DNA of 63,218 nucleotides, counting the filler, from Octopus bimaculoides (taxonomy: Eukaryota): NCBI RefSeq assembly GCF_001194135.2. It is 6 parts of 6 records of this genome, joined end to end, with 100 filler letters (N's around TTAATTAATTAA, not from the genome) between each part and the next. Parts side by side here need not be neighbours in the genome. Positions count along the whole stretch, not along the records: positions 51,152 to 55,706 come from NC_069000.1; positions 55,807 to 59,160 come from NC_069007.1; positions 59,261 to 63,218 come from NC_068991.1; 3 more parts are not named here. One strand, 5' to 3'. The translations under genes were made by a program, and so were the position numbers. Positions 51,867-63,218 of the stretch are shown here, one piece after another (the first letter of the stretch is position 1; each line of letters opens with the position of its first letter). The notes beneath the pieces were generated by a model, which ran no database searches, was not told the origin of the DNA, and was given only the letters and a program-made list of their open reading frames with translations.

Positions 51867-52064
51867 GAGCACATACTCACGCACGCATAAGTATATAAAT
51901 AAATATATACATAGATAGGTGCCACACAGTGTGAATTAACCTAGAACCATATGGTGGGAAAGCAAACGTTTTAACACACAGTCACGCGTGCGCCTATATA
52001 TATATAAATATATACACACACATACATAAATAGATTTATGTATACATACGTACATACTTGTATG

Positions 52065-52102
<38 letters not shown>

Positions 52103-52873
52103 ACAGTGGTGACGCTGGCGTTCGGCCATGTAAAAACAAATAATAAATGAGTATATGCATATATACGTACAGGTGTGTGCATACCTACGTCTACCTGTAT
52201 ATATAGGTGCATATCTGGGTACAGGACATTGCAAACAAAACGTAGACAAGAAATAATAATAACCAGAGTACAGAAAACACACATGCCACATAGAGAACAT
52301 TTTCCTTCATCAGCTACCCCCGATTTAACACCGGCGTTTCGAAGAGTTGGGCAGGAGGCATCGTTAAAACGGCTCTTCCCATAGACCGCAAATTAAAATT
52401 GTATACACAAATTAAACCTGTGCCATGGAGGAATGTAGTGGCGGACAAAAAACAAGACAGGAAANNNNNNNNNNNNNNNNNNNNNNNNNNNNNNNNNNNN
52501 NNNNNNNNNNNNNNNNNNNNNNNNNNNNNNNNNNNNNNNNNNNNNNNNNNNNNNNNNNNNNNNNNNNNNNNNNNNNNNNNNNNNNNNNNNNNNNNNNNNN
52601 NNNNNNNNNNNNNNNNNNNNNNNNNNNNNNNNNNNNNNNNNNNNNNNNNNNNNNNNNNNNNNNNNNNNNNNNNNNNNNNNNNNNNNNNNNNNNNNNNNNN
52701 NNNNNNNNNNNNNNNNNNNNNNNNNNNNNNNNNNNNNNNNNNNNNNNNNNNNNNNNNNNNNNNNNNNNNNNNNNNNNNNNNNNNNNNNNNNNNNNNNNNN
52801 NNNNNNNNNNNNNNNNNNNNNNNNNNNNNNNNNNNNNNNNNNNNNNNNNNNNNNNNNNNNNNNNNNNNNNNNN

Positions 52874-52909
<36 letters not shown>

Positions 52910-52929
52910 TGCACATGTCGAAACACATA

Positions 52930-53985
52930 GCGATTTAGTGATTGCCAACTTTTTAAATGATGCAAGATTATATTACACAGATCTGGAAATGAAGTGGACG
53001 CCACTGATGGAATATTTTGACTGTATCGAACAGCAAAAGGAAACATTCCAAATTCCGGACCTCATAGACTCCCCGTAGTTCATCAAACGATTGCCAATCC
53101 TTATCGGTAAAGATCTCAAATGTCTGATGAGAGATATTACAAAAGTAATTTAGTTGTTGTAGTGAACTCTCAAATCTATTGTGCAGGAGGATATAGGCAA
53201 AAGTCTGAAGAAAGGCATTTCCTGTCTACAGACACACAGGAGAACCATTTGATTTGTGTCAAGCGGTTACATAACAAGGTTAAAAACACTCACGAACATA
53301 GTATCGTTTGGTTCTTCTCTGATGAGAAAAACCTCGACCAGGACCAAAAGTCTAACAGGATTAATGACAGCGGCTTATGTGCAGATCCTTCAGGTGTCCC
53401 CAGGATGCACACAATGTTTCCAGCAAATGTTAAGGTTTTTAAGCGTGGTCAGTAAGGAAGATCGTGCGATACCACCACTTACATTTTCCATACGGTTTTA
53501 GAATTAATTCTACGGGAAAATTTGAAGAGCTGCAGATAGTTATTAAACCCTGGAAACTAATACTGTTTCAACAAGACTCAGCACCTTTTCCAAAAACCCA
53601 CCTGACTCACCTAACCCAAGAATGAATGTCAGAAAATTTTTGCCATCATGTAACCATAAACAAGTAGCACCCAAATACACCAGGCTTAAATGCTATCGAC
53701 CATCAGTTTTGGAGCGTTGGTGAAAAGGAGACTTTTCGACATCCACACATTATCATAGCTACATCGAACAACACCATTGTCCGGATGATGTCCTAAATAG
53801 ATAAGGACTATTTTGTGCAGGCACATCAACAGTCGTGGCCCTGCACTAGGCAGTCATCGAAGCTGAAGGCGTATTCATAGAAGAATCTTGTAAGAAAGCT
53901 TAAATATTTGGTTTATGCTAGATTTAAGTTGTTTTATTAAATTACCAAAAATGTCCTCAGATACCTCTCGCACACTCTATGTACA
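52930..53985 (+). mobile_element. Decayed Tc1/mariner-superfamily transposase, maT/DD37D-like
   Basis: IVWFFSDEKNLDQDQKSNRIND..VP..FPANV, LFQQDSAP, NAIDHQFWSV (NPLDY-like) and AVIEAEGVFIEE, with stops and frameshifts. Approximate bounds. Confidence 0.85.
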
Positions 53986-54909
53986 ATGTTGCCTTTCCAT
54001 ACATTTTGAACTCCTCGATGGAGGTGTAGGGCACTGTCGTGATAAACGAGTCTCTTGGGTATTTTAATTCTGGAACAGCCCATCAATCTCCAGGCCTCAT
54101 CAACATTTTCTTCCGGGAAATTAAGAAAACAGACAGACGTAAAGGAAGACTGAGAGCAAGGGAAAAGTATTTACTTCAGGTCAGCGCAAGTGTATTGTTT
54201 ATCGACACAGAAGGATGGAAGACAAAACTGACCTCTATGGTATTTTAACTTAGCGGGTATAAAGCCGGAAAGATTAGCGCAAAATAATCTATTCGACGCT
54301 CTAACGAATCTGACAATTGGTCGCCTATAGATGTATATACAGGTATGTGTGTGTGTGTGTGTGTGTGTGTATGCGTGAGTGTGTATATGTATTGTGTTAG
54401 TAGGTTCTGGATTTGTTATGATAGTTCCATCGACGCACCGTATCCTGTTAAAAACAAAACTNNNNNNNNNNNNNNNNNNNNNNNNNNNNNNNNNNNNNNN
54501 NNNNNNNNNNNNNNNNNNNNNNNNNNNNNNNNNNNNNNNNNNNNNNNNNNNNNNNNNNNNNNNNNNNNNNNNNNNNNNNNNNNNNNNNNNNNNNNNNNNN
54601 NNNNNNNNNNNNNNNNNNNNNNNNNNNNNNNNNNNNNNNNNNNNNNNNNNNNNNNNNNNNNNNNNNNNNNNNNNNNNNNNNNNNNNNNNNNNNNNNNNNN
54701 NNNNNNNNNNNNNNNNNNNNNNNNNNNNNNNNNNNNNNNNNNNNNNNNNNNNNNNNNNNNNNNNNNNNNNNNNNNNNNNNNNNNNNNNNNNNNNNNNNNN
54801 NNNNNNNNNNNNNNNNNNNNNNNNNNNNNNNNNNNNNNNNNNNNNNNNNNNNNNNNNNNNNNNNNNNNNNNNNNNNNNNNNNNNNNNNNNNNNNNNNNNN
54901 NNNNNNNNN

Positions 54910-54959
<50 letters not shown>

Positions 54960-56406
54960 GTGAGTGAGTGGGAAAAAGAGATGAAGAAAGATAGAAAGAC
55001 AGTAAAAAACTAAAACAGAAGGACCGGAGAGGAGAAAGCAAAATGAATGTAAAACAAAGTATTTATTTTCTCGTGACAGATAGTAAATTACTTTCGGTGT
55101 AAGTGATAAAAGGAGATTAACAGGGATACATATTTCGTTGGGTTAATTTTCAGACGGAAATATGTAGTCAACGCTCTTGAACTAGACGGGTAAACCGATG
55201 ATGAGATGAAGCCGCAATCATATGTTAGCGATTTTTTTCATACCTTTTTCCTTATGCATCACTGATAAACCAATACTGTTTAGAAAAGCAAGAAGTTCTA
55301 ATTTCATTCCCAACCACATCGTTCTGGGTTCAATTTCGCTACGTGGTTCCTAGGGTAAGTGACTTCTTCTATAGCCCCGGACCAACCAAAACCTTCTCAG
55401 TGGCTATGGTAGACGGAAACTGAAAGAAGACCATTGTATTTTTTTCTCTCCGTTTTTCTTACTCTCTCCATCTGTTTTCTCTCCCCATTTCTTTCTGTAG
55501 CAGAGTGTAGCTCGAAAGCTTCCATCGTTTCTGATCGTCAAACTAATACACCACGATTGTTGTTCCCTCACCTTTCCCTATATCATTTTGAACCAGATAT
55601 TATATATTTGTGTGCATGTTTGTGTGTGTCTGTGTCTGTGTATGTGTGTGTGTGTGTGTCTGCATGTGTGTGTGTGTTTGTGTGTATGTAAGTACGTATA
55701 TGTGTGNNNNNNNNNNNNNNNNNNNNNNNNNNNNNNNNNNNNNNNNNNNNTTAATTAATTAANNNNNNNNNNNNNNNNNNNNNNNNNNNNNNNNNNNNNN
55801 NNNNNNAACCTAGCGGTTCGGCAAAAAGAAAACCGATAGAATAAGTACTAGGCTTACAAAGAATAAGTTCTGGGGTCGATTTTCTCGACTAAAGGCGGTG
55901 CTCCAGCATGGCCGCAGTCAAATGACTGAAACAAGTAAAAGAGCAAAAGAGTATTATTTATAATTGACGGATATTTGTCCTCATCTTGTTTGTTGTTAAC
56001 ACAATTTGTTTTGGATAGTTATAAATACTGGAATTTGGTAAAGACAAACGGTCAGAGGGAGAAAGAAGGTTACAACCAGTCAACTATGAGACCCAACCCC
56101 CTCGACTCTATAACTTTCACTAGCTCAATTTCTTTTCTCTTACAACATCATGCTGTCACTATTGTTTTACTACTACGATGTGAACGTGTACACGCATACC
56201 GGCCGGAATTAACTTTCTTGACTTCGCAGGCTCTTTCAATTATGTGACTTCCGCCCGTCGAGGTATGGTATTATATTAAGTAACGGTGAATAAATATTTT
56301 TTTACAATTTCGATCAACGTTCTTCGTTCATCTGGCACATCTACAACAACAACTGTTACACCAGTGACCACTGATTCCACCTTAACCATACCGCCACAAG
56401 TATATA

Positions 56407-56759
56407 CAAGTACTTCTCAACCATTTAAAACCCATAGGTCTCTTTGACACCTGTTCTACACGGACGGTCCCTCATAACTATACTATGTTTTAAAAAATTC
56501 TATTATATTTTTATAGTTAAATATTATTAGAAATTGTATAAAAATAGTGTTAGACTATTTTGCGTATTGTAGAAGCATAACCAATTTATTGCACATTAAT
56601 TTTAACAACAAAATCTTATATGGGCCCCTAAGGGCCATATGGACATCCCAGGGGCCATATGGACCCCCAAGGGCCATGTGCATCTGAAGGCTATATGGAC
56701 CACTCTAAGCGCATATGGAACTCCCAAAAGCCATATGGACCCTGGTGGAGAACCACTGC
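56407..56759. mobile_element. Probable hAT-like MITE containing a ~20-bp minisatellite (gggccatatggacccccaag-like, ~6 degenerate units at 56627-56742)
   Basis: Ends resemble CAGTGGTTCTC TIRs (agtacttctcaacc ... ggagaaccactg). Internal tattttgcgtattgtag is shared with 40618-40640. Confidence 0.5.
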
Positions 56760-56910
56760 ACCTAGTTAACCTGTATGCACACTTTGTTAGATGGTATATA
56801 CCTTAGAGCAGTGGTACTTATCCATCTTTTTCTGGCCATGGATTCCTTTGAGGACGCCCTTTGATTCTTATTGTACCCTATTGATCCCTCACAGATATTC
56901 GATGTTTAAA

Positions 56911-56948
<38 letters not shown>

Positions 56949-57861
56949 GCACATATATATATACAACGGGCTTTTTTCAGTTTCCGTGCTTTGGTCGACC
57001 GAAGGCTATAGTAGAAGCAACTCGCCCAAGTTGCCACACAGTGGGACTAATTAGACATAATTAGGAATTGTGTTTTAACAAATTGCTCAGATATTTTGTG
57101 TAGTGTAGCAGAATAACCAATTTATTTATAGCTTTGTTTTTCTTTTACCTGTTTCAGTCATTAGACTGCGGCCATGCTGGAGCACCACCTTGAATTTTTA
57201 GTCGAATGAATCGACCCCCAGTACTTATTTTATAAGCCTGGTGCTTATTCTATCTGTCTGTTTTGCCGAACCGCTACATTACGCGGACGTAAACACACCC
57301 ACACCGGTTGTCAAGTGGTGATGGGGGACAAACACAGACACACATGTAGATGTATATACATATATGTACGACAGGCTTCTTTCAGTTTCCGTCTACCAAA
57401 TCCACTCACAAGGCTTTGGTCAGCCCAAATCTATAGTTCTTTGTCAAGCAGATCACACAACAACAAAATCTTGATGTAATCGTCCTTTAGGCGTGCCCTC
57501 CTGTTACTAAATTTTCTACAGCCACCTTCACATTCTACCATTGGGATCGATCAGATACCGGACAAGGATTCTGGATTATTTTTCCGGTATTTTTACTTAA
57601 TTTTTGAGAGCGGTCGAGTTCATTTTTAGTATTGTTGTTTGTGAGAGCAATCGGGTTTATTTCAGATATTCCCATTTTAAAAATCATCGCTGGCTAATCG
57701 TTGAGAGGACGTTGGTGTTGCCTTGGCAGAGATTTGTGCTCTCTGAGTGCTCTTGTTATTGTTAATATAGCTTCAGTCTCAATAGACACTGAATACTTTG
57801 TCGAGATCGATGGCACGCTTGTGAGTGCATTTGGTAAACGGAAACTGAAAGAAGCCCGTCG

Positions 57862-57894
<33 letters not shown>

Positions 57895-58414
57895 TTGTCC
57901 CCTCAACATCGCTTGACAACCGCTGTTGGTGTGTCTACGTCCCCGTAACTTAGCGGTTCGGCAAAAGAGGCCGATAGAATAAGTACTAGGCTTACAAACA
58001 AGAGGTCATGGGATCGATTTGCTCGACTAAAAGCGGTGCTCCAGCATGGCCGCAGTCAAATGACTGAAACAAGTAAAAGAATAAGAGAATAAGAGAGAAA
58101 GAGGGGGAGGAAGAGAGAGGGGGAGGGAGGAAGAGAGAGAGAGAGAGAGAGAGAGCGGGGGGAGGAAGTATGGGAGAGGGAGATACGTCAAAAGATGAGA
58201 GAAGCAAGAGGAGACTGGGGCATAAGAATAAGAGAAGCTGTGGGGTGGATGTAAATAGCGAAAAAATAACGAGAAAAACTGTAAGGGTACCCTCTTCCCA
58301 CCCGGAATAGGTTATCACTGATTCTATTAATATGTATGTATGCATGTATGTATGTATGTATGTATGTATGTATGTATGTATGTATGTCTCTCTCTATATA
58401 TATAGATATTATGT

Positions 58415-58453
<39 letters not shown>

Positions 58454-58622
58454 TATGTTTGTATATGTGGATGGTGTGTGAATGTGTGTAGAGGGAGAAC
58501 GAGTCTGAGTCTCCAATCCCAATAATAAGGCAAAAGGAAAAAAAAAATTTGATAGCTCCTACCTGGATATGTATATCTGTCTGTGTCTGTCTGCCTGTCT
58601 GTCTGTCTGTCTATTTCATCTG

Positions 58623-58658
<36 letters not shown>

Positions 58659-58659
58659 C

Positions 58660-58709
<50 letters not shown>

Positions 58710-60556
58710 ATATATATATGTTTATATGTTTATATGTTTATATGTTTCCCATCTATCTGTCTGTTTGTCCGTCTGTCTACAATACAATCTGTCTGTCTCA
58801 CACTGAATCTGTTTTTACCATTTTCTTGGATGCCAGTCTCTCTTTCTCGCTCCTTTGCTTCCTGTCTCTCTTTATCCCTCACCCTCTCTCTCTCTTTCTC
58901 TCTCTCTCTTTCACTCTCTCTCTCTCCTCTCAGCTATTTGTTATAGTATATACACAAACGTATCTGCTGGCATTTTTTGTTTGTTTTCTTATACCTCTTT
59001 ATAAATCTACACACACACCCACACGCACGCACGCATATATACATGCGTATATACAAACATACAGGCATACAGACACATACTCTCTCTCTCTCACACACAC
59101 ACTAACGCTCACACGTGCACGCATACACGCGCACGCACACATACATGCATATATATATATNNNNNNNNNNNNNNNNNNNNNNNNNNNNNNNNNNNNNNNN
59201 NNNNTTAATTAATTAANNNNNNNNNNNNNNNNNNNNNNNNNNNNNNNNNNNNNNNNNNNNAGAGAGAGAGAGAGAGATAGAGCGGAAGAGAGAGGATGGC
59301 ATCAATAGAGCGGAGATACATGACTTAGTATAGCGTGTTGCATGAATCTGTTAGGCTACTATATGATATTATTAAACGGGGCCAGGAAGGACAAATATTA
59401 TGTTAGGCCAATCATCCCATAAAATACATATACGGCGTAACTTGCCTCCATGTAGTCCTCCAATATGTTAAATATAGCCGACAAATCTTTCTCGAAGCCT
59501 GGATATGTGGTAAGAAGATGGCTTCTCAATCACATCGTTCCGGGTTCAGTCTCTCTGCATGGCACCTTGGCCAAGTGTTTTTTACTATAGTCTCGGTTCA
59601 ACCGAAGCCTTGTGAGTGGATTTGGTACACGGAAGCTCAAAGAAGCCCTTCATATATAGTAGTAGTAAATGTGTACGTTTATGTGTATTTTTCTATATAT
59701 TTTTCCTGCAACATCGCTTGACAACTGGTGTTGATGTGTTTACTTTCCTGTAACTTAGCGATTTGGAAAAAGGGTCAGATAGAATAAGAAGCATGCTTAA
59801 AATATAAGTCCTGGTGTCGACTTGTTCGACTAAAACCCTTCAAGACGGTACCCCAGCATGGTCGCAGTCAAATGAATGAAACAATTAAAAGAAAGAGATA
59901 AAAATCACACACGGACCATGGAATTACCGATTCCCAATCGTAAGACGACAGAAATGTATGTATGTGTAAATATATACACATACATACATATATATATGCA
60001 TACATAGATGCAAACACACAGAAGTGTGTGTGCGTGAATTGTGCATGTGCAACTATGGCGGTTTAACTGTATCGTGCATCTAAAGGACCAGATTGGTCGC
60101 GCATCATAAATGACATTGATTGAAAAATTGCATTGCATATTTAAGTAGCTGTGATATACTCAGCTAACTACACTGCAATTAAACAAGTAAGCATTTTAGT
60201 GGAGTGAAAAACTTTACTCATTGTGGGCATAGATGTGTGTTTGTGTATATATTTATATATATACATACGTACATACATACATACATANNNNNNNNNNNNN
60301 NNNNNNNNNNNNNNNNNNNNNNNNNNNNNNNNNNNNNNNNNNNNNNNNNNNNNNNNNNNNNNNNNNNNNNNNNNNNNNNNNNNNNNNNNNNNNNNNNNNN
60401 NNNNNNNNNNNNNNNNNNNNNNNNNNNNNNNNNNNNNNNNNNNNNNNNNNNNNNNNNNNNNNNNNNNNNNNNNNNNNNNNNNNNNNNNNNNNNNNNNNNN
60501 NNNNNNNNNNNNNNNNNNNNNNNNNNNNNNNNNNNNNNNNNNNNNNNNNNNNNNNN

Positions 60557-60608
<52 letters not shown>

Positions 60609-60870
60609 CATAAGACTTTTGCAGGTGTTGCTATTTAGTTAGACATAGCCTGACTAATTGTAACCGAAATTTACATAAATATCTAAGCATCTACGTATAT
60701 ACAAGTATGAGTGAACGGACGAACGGAAACAGCACTCAACACAGAGACGGAGGCGTGTAGAATGAGGAAAGGGTTGATTCTTATTACTCAGTACGGACGG
60801 ACGCATGTACACACACGCACCAAATATATATATATATACATGCCCATAGATATGTATGTATATATATTTA

Positions 60871-62015
60871 AACGACAGGTGGCTGAAAAGTTGATAGACT
60901 GACTATGAAGGAAGGATACTGGTGCAGTGAAATACTAGAGCATGGATTAATTTCAACTCTTCTCTTTAATAACTGCATTGTTTCTTTGCAGGGAAACATA
61001 CATCTGACAAAATTGGGCATCGTCGTCGTACGAAGTCCCCGCAGAAAAAGTGTACTCCCCAAGGACATTCATGCAGAAAGGCTTGCTACATTAGGGGACA
61101 ACGCTCCAGCTCTATTAACAGTGCAAAAGTGAGCAGCTGAAACGGAGAGTCTCGAAGATGATCCTAGGTCTGGACGTCCTGCATCTGCCACCACCAAGAA
61201 AAATATTGATCCTGTCCACCACATGGTGATGGATGACTGGCGAGTGACTACAGATCAAATAGCCAATGCTATTAGTATATCTCGTGGGAAAGTTGAGAAT
61301 ATTCTGCACAATGAACTTGGCATGACCACGGTTTCTAGTCAGTGGGTGCCACGTCTTCTGACAATTGTTCAAAAGCGCACCAGTGTGGTCAAAATCTCTC
61401 GTTGTTTGAGGCAGATCCAACTGGTTACTTTGAACGTTTCATAAGCGAAGATGAGTTTGGGTTTCATAATTTTGAGCCAGAGACAACCAAACAATCCATG
61501 GAGTGGAAACACCCCTCCTTACCTGCTCTAAAGAAGGTAAATATCCTTCTTCTGACGGGAAGATGATGATCTAAGCGTTTTCGGATGCTAAGGCATTGTG
61601 TTTCTAGACTATGTTTAAAAGGACCACGCCATCAACAGAGAGTACTATGAGTACTATACCAACTTACTGAGGCAGTTAGGAAACGCTATCTAGAAATGAA
61701 CCTCCAGGAAATCTGAGGAAAGGGGTCTTATTTCATTAGGACAATGCTCCAGTACACACATCCTTGCTTTCAATAGCTGCTATGTGCGACTGTAGCTTTC
61801 AACTGGCAGATCACCGTCCCTATTCTGATTTGGCCACATCTGTTATCTGTTCTCCAAGGCGAAAGGACACTTGGCTGAAAAGCAGTATCTCAGTGATGAT
61901 GACGTTTTATCTGGTCTTAGCATTTTTGACCAACAAAATGAAAGCTTCTTTTCCGAAGGGATCTAAACATTGCAACACTGATGGAAGAAGAGGGACTACG
62001 TTGAAAATATACACT
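60871..62015 (+). mobile_element. Decayed mariner (DD34D-type) transposon
   Basis: SLEDDPRSGRP, ENILHNELGM..QWVPRLL, SEDE..FEPETTKQSMEW, LFH*DNAPVH, HRPYSDLATS and GDYVE. The left end resembles the 24661 TIR (ggctgaaaagtt). Confidence 0.9.
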
Positions 62016-62784
62016 TCATTTGGTCAGATTTCATCCATGTTTTACACACNNNNNNNNNNNNNNNNNNNNNNNNNNNNNNNNNNNNNNNNNNNNNNNNNNN
62101 NNNNNNNNNNNNNNNNNNNNNNNNNNNNNNNNNNNNNNNNNNNNNNNNNNNNNNNNNNNNNNNNNNNNNNNNNNNNNNNNNNNNNNNNNNNNNNNNNNNN
62201 NNNNNNNNNNNNNNNNNNNNNNNNNNNNNNNNNNNNNNNNATATATATATATATATATATACAGACATATCTACAAACATAAAAACATATAGATATACAT
62301 CGGTTCTGAATTATTTCTACACACAAACACACAACAACGCGCACACGCGCACGTATATCTATATACATAAGCACATAGGTAACAAACACACACACACATG
62401 ACCATGTAACTCCATAACAACATCAACGCTTGCATATATATTCCCAACTCACCATCCATTATACTTTTACACTCAGTCGAGTTCTAAAATAGAGAGATCA
62501 GGGTTATTTGTAGACATCTATCCATCTATTACATTATGCTTCCAGAAATAGATAAACCTACATAAACGCAGGGAATATAATTTCAGTTCATATTGGCGAG
62601 ATATTTAATTGCTGGTAGTTCACACCGACTCAACAGGTAGTCCTGTGTGAATTAAACAAATGGGAAGACGTTAAATATAGCACGTAATGAAAAAGAGGAA
62701 CATTCACCAGAAATTACCTCGCAATACATATACAGCACGCACACAGGGACGTACATATGAACACTTGTGGTTAGGCGTGCGTAA

Positions 62785-62853
<69 letters not shown>

Positions 62854-63114
62854 TAGATAGATACATATCTGCAAATATTTTCGAATAGAAGTATGTCAGT
62901 ATCATATTTTTTTAACGCTTTGGGTGTGAATCTATAATAAGTTGAACGCCATTTCGCACCGGTGTTCTCCGTGTAGTGTTCTATTTTACACAAGTCACAT
63001 TGGTCCATGTTGCCAAAATCAACATTGTAATATCATAAATCATACAGAGAGCATATTTCATTAATGTCTCTACATACGTGTGGATATTTGAATGTACGTC
63101 TCTCTCTGTGTCTA

Positions 63115-63218
<104 letters not shown>

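Overview
Repeat-dense, AT-rich animal genomic DNA with many N gaps. The SINE families, microsatellite load and intron sizes suggest a coleoid cephalopod, probably an Octopus draft assembly (inference). Two spliced genes lie on the + strand, and the ORF track largely misses both. (1) 1001-15387: I assembled an 11-exon, phase-consistent reading frame with no internal stop (909 nt, 302 aa). It encodes a monofunctional PHM-like (peptidylglycine alpha-hydroxylating monooxygenase family) copper type II monooxygenase. The CuM ligands (H-S-H, Met) and eight Cys are kept. One CuH ligand is Arg (TVRHI vs TVHHM), and the peptide-carboxylate-binding residues are replaced (R240G, Y318N, also Y79V), so it is probably not an ordinary amidating enzyme. 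(2) Two exons (29323-29432, 41771-41875) encode the EMI C-terminal half and first EGF of a MEGF6 orthologue; its 5' exons and next exon are not visible. The rest is tRNA-derived SINEs, Dong/R4-like RLE LINE fragments in (TAA)n tracts, decayed mariner and maT-like transposons, MITEs and several long fold-backs. There is also a type I hammerhead-ribozyme-like motif at 36674-36768. Residue numbers are rat PHM numbering from alignment by eye to remembered sequence; no database search was run.
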